From an uncultured Chloroflexia bacterium (lineage in GTDB: Bacteria > Chloroflexota > Limnocylindria > Limnocylindrales > CSP1-4): a stretch of DNA of 64,000 bases. Every line of letters begins with the position of its first letter. Position 1 is the first letter of the stretch. Shown piece after piece: positions 31,525 to 40,388 of the stretch. The translations under genes were made by a program, and so were the position numbers. The stretch spans positions 416,001 to 480,000 of the forward strand of contig CAVVNQ010000015.1 of assembly GCA_963749705.1 (NCBI GenBank). Direction: 5' to 3'. The notes beneath the pieces were generated by a model that was not told the origin of the DNA, did not search any database, and was given only the letters and a program-made list of their open reading frames with translations.

Positions 31525-31769
31525 CGAACCCGAACGGCAGGGAGGTTCGCGAGGTCGTTCGCGACGAACCGGTGATGCGGGGTCGGATCCTCGCCGCGCT
31601 CCACGACGGCCCGCTGACCGTGCCCGAGATCGCCGCCGCGATCGACGCACCCACGCACGAGGTGGTGTTCTGGGTCATGGGCATGCGCCGCTACGGCTGG
31701 CTGGCCGAGATCAAGGCCACGCCCGTGGACGGCTACTTCCAGTACGAGCCCACCGGGCGGGTGTCCTGA
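31521..31769 (+). CDS. Small winged-helix-like protein
   Basis: RILAALHDGPLTVPEIAAAI...VVFWVMGMRRYG; translationally coupled on both sides. Confidence 0.75.
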   Translation: MTNPNGREVREVVRDEPVMRGRILAALHDGPLTVPEIAAAIDAPTHEVVFWVMGMRRYGWLAEIKATPVDGYFQYEPTGRVS

Positions 31770-32974
31770 TGACCGCCATCGCAGAGCCGGTCGCCACCGC
31801 AGCCACCCGAGTGGACACCGGGCTCTACCCGGACCTCCAGCGCTTCGGCGCGACGGACATCAGCGCCTGCTTCAGCTGCGGGACCTGCACGGCGATCTGC
31901 CCCCTGTCGAAGACGGATTCGGCGTTCCCGCGCCGGATCATCCGCTACGCGCAGGTCGGCATGAAGGACGCGCTCCTGTCGAGCAAGGAGCTGTGGAGCT
32001 GCTACCAGTGCGGCGAATGCGCCGAGACGTGCCCCACGCAGGCCGATCCCAGCGAGTTCATGGCGGCCGCTCGCCGGTACGCGATCGCGAGCTACGACCG
32101 GACGCGGATCGCCTGGACGATGTACACGCGCCCCGTCGGCGCCATCGTGCTGGCGGTCCTCCTGGCGGCGTTCTTCGCCCTGTTCATGTACTCGGCCCAC
32201 GGGCCGCAGAGCGGCGAGTCGCTGGCGATCTTCGAGTTCATCCCCGAGGAGCTCATCCACAACACCGGCATCGTGGTGATGATCCTGGTGGTCCTTGCCG
32301 GGCTGGCGGGGATCGCGAGCATGGCCCGCGCGATCGCCAGGCGCGAAGGCGTTGGGCTGCGGACCGTGTTCGGCAGCCGGGCGGCGGTTCGCCGCTCCGC
32401 TCACGCCGCCTGGGTGGCGATCGGCCGGGAGTCCCTCGGCCAGGTCCAGTTCCGTGCCGAGTGCGACGCGGACACGACAGGCGTGCCCTGGTACCGGCGC
32501 CGAGGCCTCGTCCACGCTCTGACGGTGTGGGGCTTCATCGGCCTGCTCGCCGCCACCGGCCTCGACTACGGACTGGCGCTCATCGGCATCAAGGAGACCG
32601 GCGCGCCGGTGCCGGTGTGGTACCCGATCCGCCTGCTGGGCACGGTCGCGGGCTTCATGCTCGTGTACGGCGTCACGGTGCTGATCATCGACCGCTACCG
32701 GAAGGCGAACCGGTCGGTCACCCGGTCGACGATCGCCGACTGGATGCTCCTCGGCCTGCTGTGGGTCACCGGCGTCACGGGCTTCGTCCTGGAGCTCGCG
32801 CTGTACCTCCCGAGCGCGCCCGCCTGGGGCTACTGGGTGTTCCTGGTCCACGTCGCCGTCGCCCTCGAGCTCGTGCTGCTCGCACCGTTCATGAAGCTCG
32901 CCCACGCGGTCTACCGGCCGGTTGCGCTGTTCTTTGCCGCGCTGGCCGACCAGCCCGGGGAGGAAGCCGCTTGA
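31769..32974 (+). CDS. QmoC-like protein: HdrC-type 2x[4Fe-4S] domain fused to a cytochrome b-like membrane domain
   Basis: CFSCGTCTAICP, FPRRIIRYAQVG, WSCYQCGECAETCP, then about 6 TM helices with His in LVHALTVWGF, LVHVAV and KLAHAVYRP. Confidence 0.85.
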   Translation: MTAIAEPVATAATRVDTGLYPDLQRFGATDISACFSCGTCTAICPLSKTDSAFPRRIIRYAQVGMKDALLSSKELWSCYQCGECAETCPTQADPSEFMAAARRYAIASYDRTRIAWTMYTRPVGAIVLAVLLAAFFALFMYSAHGPQSGESLAIFEFIPEELIHNTGIVVMILVVLAGLAGIASMARAIARREGVGLRTVFGSRAAVRRSAHAAWVAIGRESLGQVQFRAECDADTTGVPWYRRRGLVHALTVWGFIGLLAATGLDYGLALIGIKETGAPVPVWYPIRLLGTVAGFMLVYGVTVLIIDRYRKANRSVTRSTIADWMLLGLLWVTGVTGFVLELALYLPSAPAWGYWVFLVHVAVALELVLLAPFMKLAHAVYRPVALFFAALADQPGEEAA

Positions 32975-33043
32975 CCAACGCCGCCGACACACCCATCCCG
33001 GCTGCGCGCTGAGCGGGCCGGCCCGGCCACCGAGGAGACCAAG

Positions 33044-33538
33044 ATGACCCAGACCCTCCCGCAGGTCACGCACGACAACCACGAGCGACTCCTGCACCAC
33101 GTCAACCAGATGCCGGAGATCGGCGATTCGCTGCTGGCCGCGCCCGCGGACCGGGTGCGGACGCAGCTCCAGGAGCTGGGCACGTTCCTGAATGCCACGC
33201 TGCTCCCGCACGTGACGGCCTCCGAAGCCTCGATCTACCCGGAGCTCGAGCGGATGATGCAGAACCGGCACTCGATGACGCCGATGCGCCGCGAGCACGA
33301 CCAGATCCGCCTCCTGGTGGCCGAGATCGTGAAGCTGTCCGCGGACCTCGATACCCGCCACGTCACCATCGGCCGCGCGATCGCGCTGCGGCGCGTCGTG
33401 TTCCAGCTCTACGCGCTGCTCAAGGTGCACCTCGCCGAGGAGGAGACGTACATCCGGCTCGTCGAGCAGGGCGTCACCGCCGACGTGAACGAGCTCCTCG
33501 CGGAGGCGATGGCACACCCCGCGGTCCCGGAGGCCTGA
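33044..33538 (+). CDS. Hemerythrin-like domain protein
   Basis: H...LLPHxxxxE..IYP, MRREHDQI, KVHLAEEETY; GAGGAG RBS. Confidence 0.75.
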   Translation: MTQTLPQVTHDNHERLLHHVNQMPEIGDSLLAAPADRVRTQLQELGTFLNATLLPHVTASEASIYPELERMMQNRHSMTPMRREHDQIRLLVAEIVKLSADLDTRHVTIGRAIALRRVVFQLYALLKVHLAEEETYIRLVEQGVTADVNELLAEAMAHPAVPEA

Positions 33539-33603
33539 CCCGGGTGACCGGTCCGGTCGCCCGACCGCGGCGCGATCCTCGCCCGGTTATAGTCCAGCGG
33601 CAT

Positions 33604-34113
33604 ATGGGTGCCACGAGCCGCGCTGCGCAACCCGCCGACGCCATCGGGGATGTCGAGGAGGAGGAGGCCGCCTCCGGAGGCGGCAAAGCCGCGTCCGACG
33701 AGACGGCGCCCCGGATCGCATCCGGCGTCGACGAGGCCGGCATTCCGATCCACCGCGGCTGGGCGCCGCAGGGCGGGCACCACCGCTGGATGGAGCCGTT
33801 CGTGCTCGCGATCCTGGCCGGCGGCGGTGCGCACGGCTACGCCATCATCGGCGACCTGGGCCAGATGGGGATCACCAACGGCCCGGTGGACGTCGGCCAG
33901 GTCTACCGGACCCTGCGCGATCTCGAGGAGACGGGCCAGGTCCGGTCGTCATGGTCGACCGAGGGCACCGGTCCGGCGCGCCGCGACTACGAGCTCACGC
34001 CGGCCGGGTACGCGACGCTCGACGAATGGGCCGCCCTGATGAAGGAACGCGCCCGCCTGATCGCGGAGTTCGACGCCCGCTACCTCGAATGGGTCGCGGT
34101 ACCCAGGAAGTAG
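33604..34113 (+). CDS. PadR family transcriptional regulator
   Basis: EPFVLAIL..AHGYAI, GQVYRTLRDLE, GPARRDYELTPAG; TATAGT -10-like box upstream; start uncertain. Confidence 0.88.
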   Translation: MGATSRAAQPADAIGDVEEEEAASGGGKAASDETAPRIASGVDEAGIPIHRGWAPQGGHHRWMEPFVLAILAGGGAHGYAIIGDLGQMGITNGPVDVGQVYRTLRDLEETGQVRSSWSTEGTGPARRDYELTPAGYATLDEWAALMKERARLIAEFDARYLEWVAVPRK

Positions 34114-34147
34114 GGTCCGTCGTGCTCGCCGCGGCGGTGTGCGCCTA

Positions 34148-34639
34148 CTAGAGCAGCTGCGTCATCGCGTGGTCGATCCCGCGGGCGAGCGCGTCCTTCT
34201 GCTCATCGGACAGGTGCTGCTCGAGGACGCCGACGTACAGCTCCTCCTCGGCGATGTGCACCTTGAGGATCGAGTACAGCCGGTAGAGCGCCCGCCGGAG
34301 GGCCAGCGCCTCCACGCCCGTGAGACGGCAACCCTCGACGTGCTGCCGGTAATGGCCGAGCTCCTCGATCAGGCCGCGCATGGCGCGGTGCTCCTCGCGC
34401 ATCGGCGTCATCGAGTGCCGGCCGCCCATGAGAGTCTCGAGCTGCCCGTACAGCAGCGTCTCGAACGTCTCCATCTGGGGGATGAGCTGGCGCGTGATGA
34501 TGAGGTACTCCTCCTCGAACACGCCGTGGATCGCCTCGCAGTCCACCTCGCCGATCATCTCGGCCAGCACGCGCAACTGGTCGACATGGGGCATCAGGCG
34601 TGCGTTGTGATCGTTGCTGGTTGCCCGGAGGGACAGCAT
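34148..34639 (-). CDS. Hemerythrin-like domain protein (paralog of 33044..33538)
   Basis: RHSMTPMREEH and LYSILKVHIAEEELY shared with the paralog; CAGGAG RBS. Confidence 0.75.
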   Translation of the reverse strand: MLSLRATSNDHNARLMPHVDQLRVLAEMIGEVDCEAIHGVFEEEYLIITRQLIPQMETFETLLYGQLETLMGGRHSMTPMREEHRAMRGLIEELGHYRQHVEGCRLTGVEALALRRALYRLYSILKVHIAEEELYVGVLEQHLSDEQKDALARGIDHAMTQLL

Positions 34640-34810
34640 CTGGGGCAGCTCCTGAAGGGTCGCGGCATCGGGGGCGACGGCTCGACGATCGCACCAGTGT
34701 CGCCGGTTTCGACAATGCCGGGTGTCACGTTGGCGGGACCGGACGGCCCGGTCCGCCTGCGTCGCGCCAAACGGCGCCGCCCGCCCCATCTCCGGCCGCA
34801 GTTCCCGTGC

Positions 34811-34841
34811 TTGACCTTCGAGCCACTTGAAGGTCTACGCT
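34811..34841 (+). promoter_or_regulatory. MerR-type promoter with 19-bp spacer and dyad operator
   Basis: -35 TTGACC (34811-34816), 19 bp, -10 TACGCT (34836-34841); dyad GACCTTC-N9-GAAGGTC (34813-34835). Confidence 0.85.
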
Positions 34842-34848
34842 GTGCGAC

Positions 34849-35706
34849 ATGGATGTACCGGGAGGCCGCGGGGGCATGCGCGTATCCGAGCTCGCCCGTC
34901 GCGCCGGCGTCGCGGCGTCGGCCGTGCGCTGGTACGAGACGTCGGGGGTTCTGCCGCATCCCGACCGGGCGGGCAACGGCTACCGCACGTACGGGGAGGC
35001 CGATCTCGCCCGGCTCCGCCTGGTCGTCGCGCTGCGCAGCCTCGGGCTCGTGCCCGCAGAGGCCGGGCGGCTGGCAGGGCTGTGCCTCGAGCACGGCGCC
35101 ATCGACGCCGGGCTGGCCCCGGTCCTCGCCGAGCAGCGACGGGTCATCGCCCGGAGACGGGATGACCTGGACCGGCTCGAGGGCCAGCTGCTGGATCTCG
35201 AGATGACGATCGCGGCCGCCGGCCGCGCTACCCGCAGGGAGGTATCCGTGGCCCCGATCCGCGTGCTGTTCGTGTGCACCCATAACTCCGCGAGGAGCCA
35301 GATCGCCGAGGCGCTGCTCCAGCGCTACGGCGGTGCCGATTTCGAGGTGAGCTCGGCGGGGACCGAGGCGACCCGCGTCAACCCGTTCGCGATCCGCACC
35401 CTGGCGGAACAGGGGATCGACTGGTCGGCCGCCCGCAGCAAGGTGATCACGGAGTTCCTCGACCAGCAGTTCGATTACGTCATCACGGTCTGCGACCGCG
35501 CCCGCGAGACGTGTCCCGTGTTCCCGGGCTCGACCAACACGCTCCACTGGGGGCTGGACGACCCGTCCGAGGTCGAGGGCACGGACGAGCAGCGGCTGGC
35601 CGCGTTCCGGCGCACGGCGATGGAGGTCACCAGCCGCCTGCGCCCGTTCATCGAGGTTGCCCGGCGAGCGGCCGGCCGTGCGCCGCGCGCGGCCGCCGCC
35701 GGCTGA
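34849..35706 (+). CDS. MerR family HTH regulator fused to a thioredoxin-type arsenate reductase ArsC/LMW-PTP domain
   Basis: RVSELARRAGV..SAVRWYE..G, GNGYRTY; then VLFVCTHNSARSQIAE, TVCDRARETCPVFPG, HWGLDDP. Start is 34849 or 34876. Confidence 0.88.
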   Translation: MDVPGGRGGMRVSELARRAGVAASAVRWYETSGVLPHPDRAGNGYRTYGEADLARLRLVVALRSLGLVPAEAGRLAGLCLEHGAIDAGLAPVLAEQRRVIARRRDDLDRLEGQLLDLEMTIAAAGRATRREVSVAPIRVLFVCTHNSARSQIAEALLQRYGGADFEVSSAGTEATRVNPFAIRTLAEQGIDWSAARSKVITEFLDQQFDYVITVCDRARETCPVFPGSTNTLHWGLDDPSEVEGTDEQRLAAFRRTAMEVTSRLRPFIEVARRAAGRAPRAAAAG

Positions 35707-35786
35707 TCGCCCTCCGTCTCGACGGCAGTCACGCCGGGGTGGGAGACTGGGCGCCACACTCCGGGGCCGCAGCAGCGAGGACGTCG

Positions 35787-36308
35787 ATGGCCGAGCCGCA
35801 TCCGCTCGTCGCCCAGCTGCGCTTCGCGCGCTCGGAGTTCGAGCGCGGCATCCGCGACGTCCCGGAGGCGCACGCCCGGATCCGCCTGGGTCCGATGAAT
35901 TGCCTCAGCTGGAACATCGGGCATCTCGGCGCCCACGAGCAGCGCCAGTTCCTGACCCTGGCCCAGGGCCTGACGCCGTTTCCCGACATCGAGCGCGAGT
36001 TCTCCTATGGCGCCCCGGGTTCGACCCCCGATCCTTCGCGCGTGCTCGACGCGTGGCATGCGATCACGGCCGCAGCCGATCCGTGGCTCGATTCGCTGAC
36101 CACGCAGGCGCTCCAGGGGCATCCCGTCCGCGACGGCCGGACCATGCGGCGCACCGTTGGCAACATGCTCCAGCGCGCCATCTACCACTACTGGTTCCAC
36201 ACCGGCGAGAACCTCGCGATCCGGCAGCAGCTGGGCCACACCGGGCTGCCCGAGTTCGTTGGTGCCCTCGACGACGAGGCACCGTATCGCCCGGACGGGC
36301 CGGCGTGA
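35787..36308 (+). CDS. DinB family protein
   Basis: MNCLSWNIGHL...IYHYWFHTGE His triad pattern. Confidence 0.85.
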   Translation: MAEPHPLVAQLRFARSEFERGIRDVPEAHARIRLGPMNCLSWNIGHLGAHEQRQFLTLAQGLTPFPDIEREFSYGAPGSTPDPSRVLDAWHAITAAADPWLDSLTTQALQGHPVRDGRTMRRTVGNMLQRAIYHYWFHTGENLAIRQQLGHTGLPEFVGALDDEAPYRPDGPA

Positions 36309-36342
36309 CGGGCGCCGCGAGACGCGCGCGGGGCCGAGCGCG

Positions 36343-37056
36343 ATGAACGGATTGGCAGCGCCCTTCACCGGCTTCACGCCGGAGGCCATCCAGTTCCTGG
36401 CCGACCTCGCCCAGAACAACGATCGGGCCTGGTTCCAGCCGCGCAAGGCCGACTACGAGCGGCTGCTCCGGGACCCCATGGCGGCCCTCATCGAGGCGCT
36501 CGCGGAGCGGCTCGCGGCGCGCGGGATCCCCCTCGACGCGGACCCGAAGCGCTCCCCGTTCCGCATCTACCGCGACACGCGCTTCAGCCGGGACAAGTCG
36601 CCGTACAAGACGGGCGTCGGCGCGAGCTTCGCCTGGCTCGGGCAGCCCGCCGCGGGCGGTGACTCCACGCCACCCGCCGAGCGGGGGAGCGGTGGCTACT
36701 TCCATTTCCAGCCGGGCGAGATGTTCGTTGGCGGCGGCATGTGGATGCCCGACAGGCACCGGCTGGTGGCCTTCCGGCAGGCGGTGGTGGCGGAGCCCGA
36801 GCGCGTGCGGGCGGCGCTCGAGGACCCGGGCTTCGTCGCCTGGTTCGGCGAGGTCAGGTGCCACGAGGCGCTGCGCCGCATCCCGCCCGGCTTTCCGAAG
36901 GACCACCCGATGGCCGACCTGTTCCGCTGGAAGGACGTGGTCTTCGGACGGCCGCTCGCGGACGCGGAGGTGTGCGACCCGGGCCTGCCCGACCTGCTGG
37001 CCGATGGATTTGCGGCGGCGGTCCCGGTGTTCCGGTTCCTGGCGACCCTCGGCTAG
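36343..37056 (+). CDS. DUF2461 family protein
   Basis: FLADLAQNNDRAWF, FRIYRDTRFSRDKSPYKT. Confidence 0.92.
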   Translation: MNGLAAPFTGFTPEAIQFLADLAQNNDRAWFQPRKADYERLLRDPMAALIEALAERLAARGIPLDADPKRSPFRIYRDTRFSRDKSPYKTGVGASFAWLGQPAAGGDSTPPAERGSGGYFHFQPGEMFVGGGMWMPDRHRLVAFRQAVVAEPERVRAALEDPGFVAWFGEVRCHEALRRIPPGFPKDHPMADLFRWKDVVFGRPLADAEVCDPGLPDLLADGFAAAVPVFRFLATLG

Positions 37057-37128
37057 GGATCCGCCGCCGCCGAACGCAGGCGGGCGTTCGGCCCATTTCG
37101 CCGGCTCGCTGCGTGGCATGATCAACCG

Positions 37129-38991
37129 ATGGACCCCTTGGCCCCGGTCACGGTCCCGCCCACACCGGGCGAGGTCGCGCGCCGCGTCCGCGGCCTGGGT
37201 GGCGTGCCGTGGCGCCGCCTGCTGGGCTACCTGCGTCCGCACCTGCTCCCGTTCTCGGTGGCGATCGGCGGGTTGCTGCTGGGGTCCGGCCTGGCGCTCA
37301 TGGTGCCGCTGGTCGTCGCCGGGCTGGTCACCTCGGTCATCGCCGGCGGTGACGCCGCGGGGCTCGACCGGCTGCTCGTCGGCCTGGTCATCCTGTTCCT
37401 CGCCCAGTCGCTGGGCGGGTTCATCCAGTCCTACCTGCTGGGCGTGGTGGGGGAACGGGTGGTGGCGCAGCTCCGCAGCGAGCTGTTCGCGAGGCTGGTG
37501 ACGCTGTCGCTGGACTTTCACGCGCGCAACCGGGTGGGCGAGCTGGTCTCGCGGCTGTCGAGCGACGTGACGCTGATCCGGACCCTGCTCACCCAGACGA
37601 CCACGGCGCTCCTGTCGTCGCTGATCGGGCTGATCGGGGCGATCGTGATCCTGTTCACGCTCAGCCCGATGCTGCTCGCGATCGCGCTGGTCCTCGCGCC
37701 GGCGCTGATCTTCGTCGCGCTCGTGTTCGGTCGCCCGCTCCAGCGGGTGAGCACCGAGGTCCAGGATGCGATCGCCCGGAGCACCGCGACCGCCGAGGAG
37801 GCGCTGTCCGGGATCCGCGTCGTCGAGAGCTACGTCCGCGAGGCGTGGGAGGTCGAGCGATACCGGGCCGACCTCACGGGGGTCGTCGCGGCCGGCTCGC
37901 GGCTGGCGCTGTGGCGGGCCGGGTTCGGCGGGTTGATGGGCTTCCTGGGCTACGGCGCGATCGCGGTGCTGCTGTGGTTCACCGGGCACCGGGTGATCGA
38001 GGGCACGCTGGGCATCGGGACCCTGACGGGGTTCCTGCTGTACGGGGTCACGATCGGCGCCAGCCTGGCCACGATCGCCAGCCTGTACGGCCAGTTCCGC
38101 GAGGGAACCGGCGCGGTCGCGCGCGTGTTCGAGATCATCGACACCGTGCCGACCATCGTCGACGCGCCCCACGCGACAGCCATCGGGCCGGTCGCGGGCC
38201 GGATCGCGCTCGAAGGCGTGACGTTCAGCTACGACGGCAGCCGTGCGGTCGTCCGCGAGCTCACGCTCGACATCGCCCCGGGCGAGGTGGTCGCGCTGGT
38301 GGGGCCGTCCGGGTCGGGCAAGACGACGCTGGTCGGGCTGCTGCCCCGACTGTGGGACGTGAGCTCGGGCACGATCCGGATCGACGGGCATGACATCCGG
38401 GACGTCACCACCGCCAGCCTGCGCAGCCAGATCGGGCTGGTGCCGCAGGAGGCGACCCTGTTCGGCGGCTCGGTGGTCGACAACATCCGGTACGGACGCC
38501 CGGACGCGTCCGACGACGAGGTTCGCGCGGCGGCTCGCGCCGCGAACGCCCACGACTTCATCAGCGCGATGGCGCTGGGCTACGAGACGCCGGTCGGCGA
38601 CCGTGGCTCCCGGCTGTCGGGCGGCCAGCGCCAGCGGATCGCGATCGCGCGGGCCATCCTCAAGGACCCGCCGATCCTGCTGCTGGACGAGGCGACGAGC
38701 TCGCTGGACAACGAATCGGAGCGCCTCGTCCAGGAGGCGCTGGACCGCCTGATGAACGGCCGGACGACGATCATCATCGCCCACCGGCTGTCGACGGTCC
38801 GCGGCGCCCACCGGATCGCCGTCCTCGACGACGGCTGGCTGGCCGAGCTGGGCACGCACGACGAGCTGATGGCCCGTGACGGGATCTACGCGCGGCTGTA
38901 CCGGCTCCAGTTCACGGAGCGTGCGTCGCCCGCAGTCGAGGCGGGCGATCCGAGGCGGGCCACGCTGGCCGGCGCCGATCTCGCCGGCTGA
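37129..38991 (+). CDS. ABC transporter permease/ATP-binding fusion (MsbA-like exporter)
   Basis: 6 TM helices, GPSGSGKTT, LSGGQRQR, LLLDEATSSLD, IAHRLST. Confidence 0.95.
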   Translation: MDPLAPVTVPPTPGEVARRVRGLGGVPWRRLLGYLRPHLLPFSVAIGGLLLGSGLALMVPLVVAGLVTSVIAGGDAAGLDRLLVGLVILFLAQSLGGFIQSYLLGVVGERVVAQLRSELFARLVTLSLDFHARNRVGELVSRLSSDVTLIRTLLTQTTTALLSSLIGLIGAIVILFTLSPMLLAIALVLAPALIFVALVFGRPLQRVSTEVQDAIARSTATAEEALSGIRVVESYVREAWEVERYRADLTGVVAAGSRLALWRAGFGGLMGFLGYGAIAVLLWFTGHRVIEGTLGIGTLTGFLLYGVTIGASLATIASLYGQFREGTGAVARVFEIIDTVPTIVDAPHATAIGPVAGRIALEGVTFSYDGSRAVVRELTLDIAPGEVVALVGPSGSGKTTLVGLLPRLWDVSSGTIRIDGHDIRDVTTASLRSQIGLVPQEATLFGGSVVDNIRYGRPDASDDEVRAAARAANAHDFISAMALGYETPVGDRGSRLSGGQRQRIAIARAILKDPPILLLDEATSSLDNESERLVQEALDRLMNGRTTIIIAHRLSTVRGAHRIAVLDDGWLAELGTHDELMARDGIYARLYRLQFTERASPAVEAGDPRRATLAGADLAG

Positions 38992-39175
38992 ACGGCGCTA
39001 TTCCGGTGCGCCCCGGCACCGCTGAAAGACGGATGCAATGTTCCGCCGATCGGCCCACGATCGACGGTGAAGCGGATATGCAACAAGGACGGACAGGCCT
39101 TCGGGGGACAATCGACACCCACGTCCCCAGCCCACCGGCGGATGAGCGCGAGCCGGTGGCCCCAGGAGGAATCGC

Positions 39176-40252
39176 ATGCGTCCCAGAACCAGTCGTGCAG
39201 GGATCCGGAAGCGAACCACGCTTGCCCTGATCGTCGCGGGGATCTTCGCCGCCCAGGCGGGCGCGGTCTCGGCCGCGAATGGTCAATCAAGCTCGCACAG
39301 CCAGTCCTGGCAGAACTTCGATCACGTGTTCGTGATCATGATGGAGAACACCGGCTCGGACAGCCTGATCGGCAACACGGCAGACGCGCCGTGGATCAAC
39401 CAGGCCGTCGACACGTACGGGTTTGCCAGCAACTATTACGGCGTGACGCACCCGAGCCAGCCGAACTACGTCGCGGTGACATCCGGATCGACCCAGGGGG
39501 TGGCCGATGACAACGACGCCACCGTCGATGCCGTGAACATCGTCGACCAGCTGGAGTCGCACGGGAAGACCTGGACCGACTATCAGCAGGCGCTGGACCT
39601 GTGCAACGGCGACAAGCTCGCCCATTCATGCGGGGCGCACGGCACGATCGACCAGGACCTGTACGAGCGCAAGCACAACCCCTTCGTCTCGTACCTGGAC
39701 GTGCAGAGCAACGATGCCCGGATGGCAAATGTCGTGGACTACTCACAGCTGGCCACGGACCTCGCCAGCGGCACGGTCGCGAACTACAGCTTCATCGCCC
39801 CCGACCAGTGCCATGACATGCACGGGCGCTTCATCGACCCCGGCGTCAGCGCTGACACGGACTGCCGCTATCCGCCGGAAGGCGAGCTCAATCACGGCCT
39901 GATCGCGGCCGGCGACACGTTCCTCGCGGACACCGTCGGCATGATCATGGGCTCGTCGGCCTGGACCGAGAACTCGGTCATCTTCGTCACCTGGGACGAG
40001 AGCGACTTCACGAACTCGCCGACCGACTTCGGGTTCGGTGATACCAGCGGCTGCTGCACGGCGAACCCGGGTGGCGGCCACGTCGTCACCCTCGTGATCT
40101 CGTCGACCCACGGCGACGCCCGGCAGTCCAGCCGCGCCTACAACCACTACTCGCTCCTGGGTACGATCCAGGATGCCTGGCACCTCGGCTGCCTGGGCGC
40201 GACCTGCGACAAGGCGGACGTCCACCGGATGACCGACCTCCTGGTCCCGTAG
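39176..40252 (+). CDS. Secreted phosphoesterase (acid phosphatase/phospholipase C family)
   Basis: Signal peptide, HVFVIMMEN, THPSQPNY, YERKHNPF, CHDMH, VTWDE, YNHYSLL. Confidence 0.88.
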   Translation: MRPRTSRAGIRKRTTLALIVAGIFAAQAGAVSAANGQSSSHSQSWQNFDHVFVIMMENTGSDSLIGNTADAPWINQAVDTYGFASNYYGVTHPSQPNYVAVTSGSTQGVADDNDATVDAVNIVDQLESHGKTWTDYQQALDLCNGDKLAHSCGAHGTIDQDLYERKHNPFVSYLDVQSNDARMANVVDYSQLATDLASGTVANYSFIAPDQCHDMHGRFIDPGVSADTDCRYPPEGELNHGLIAAGDTFLADTVGMIMGSSAWTENSVIFVTWDESDFTNSPTDFGFGDTSGCCTANPGGGHVVTLVISSTHGDARQSSRAYNHYSLLGTIQDAWHLGCLGATCDKADVHRMTDLLVP

Positions 40253-40388
40253 ACGGAGCCCGGCAGTGAGCGTCTCCGACACGCGGGCTGACGGGGGGCC
40301 GGCGTCGGAGGGCGTCGCACACTGACTCCCTGGCCCCCCGGCTCGTCCGGGGCGCCGGCAAGCGGAGGAGAGCGACCGGCGACCTGCG

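Noticed and set aside
26506-32974. Interpreting the Hdr cluster as evidence of methanogenesis or dissimilatory sulfate reduction
   Set aside because: No hdrB, mcr, aprAB, sat or dsrAB in the window, and HdrA-family modules occur in many unrelated metabolisms.
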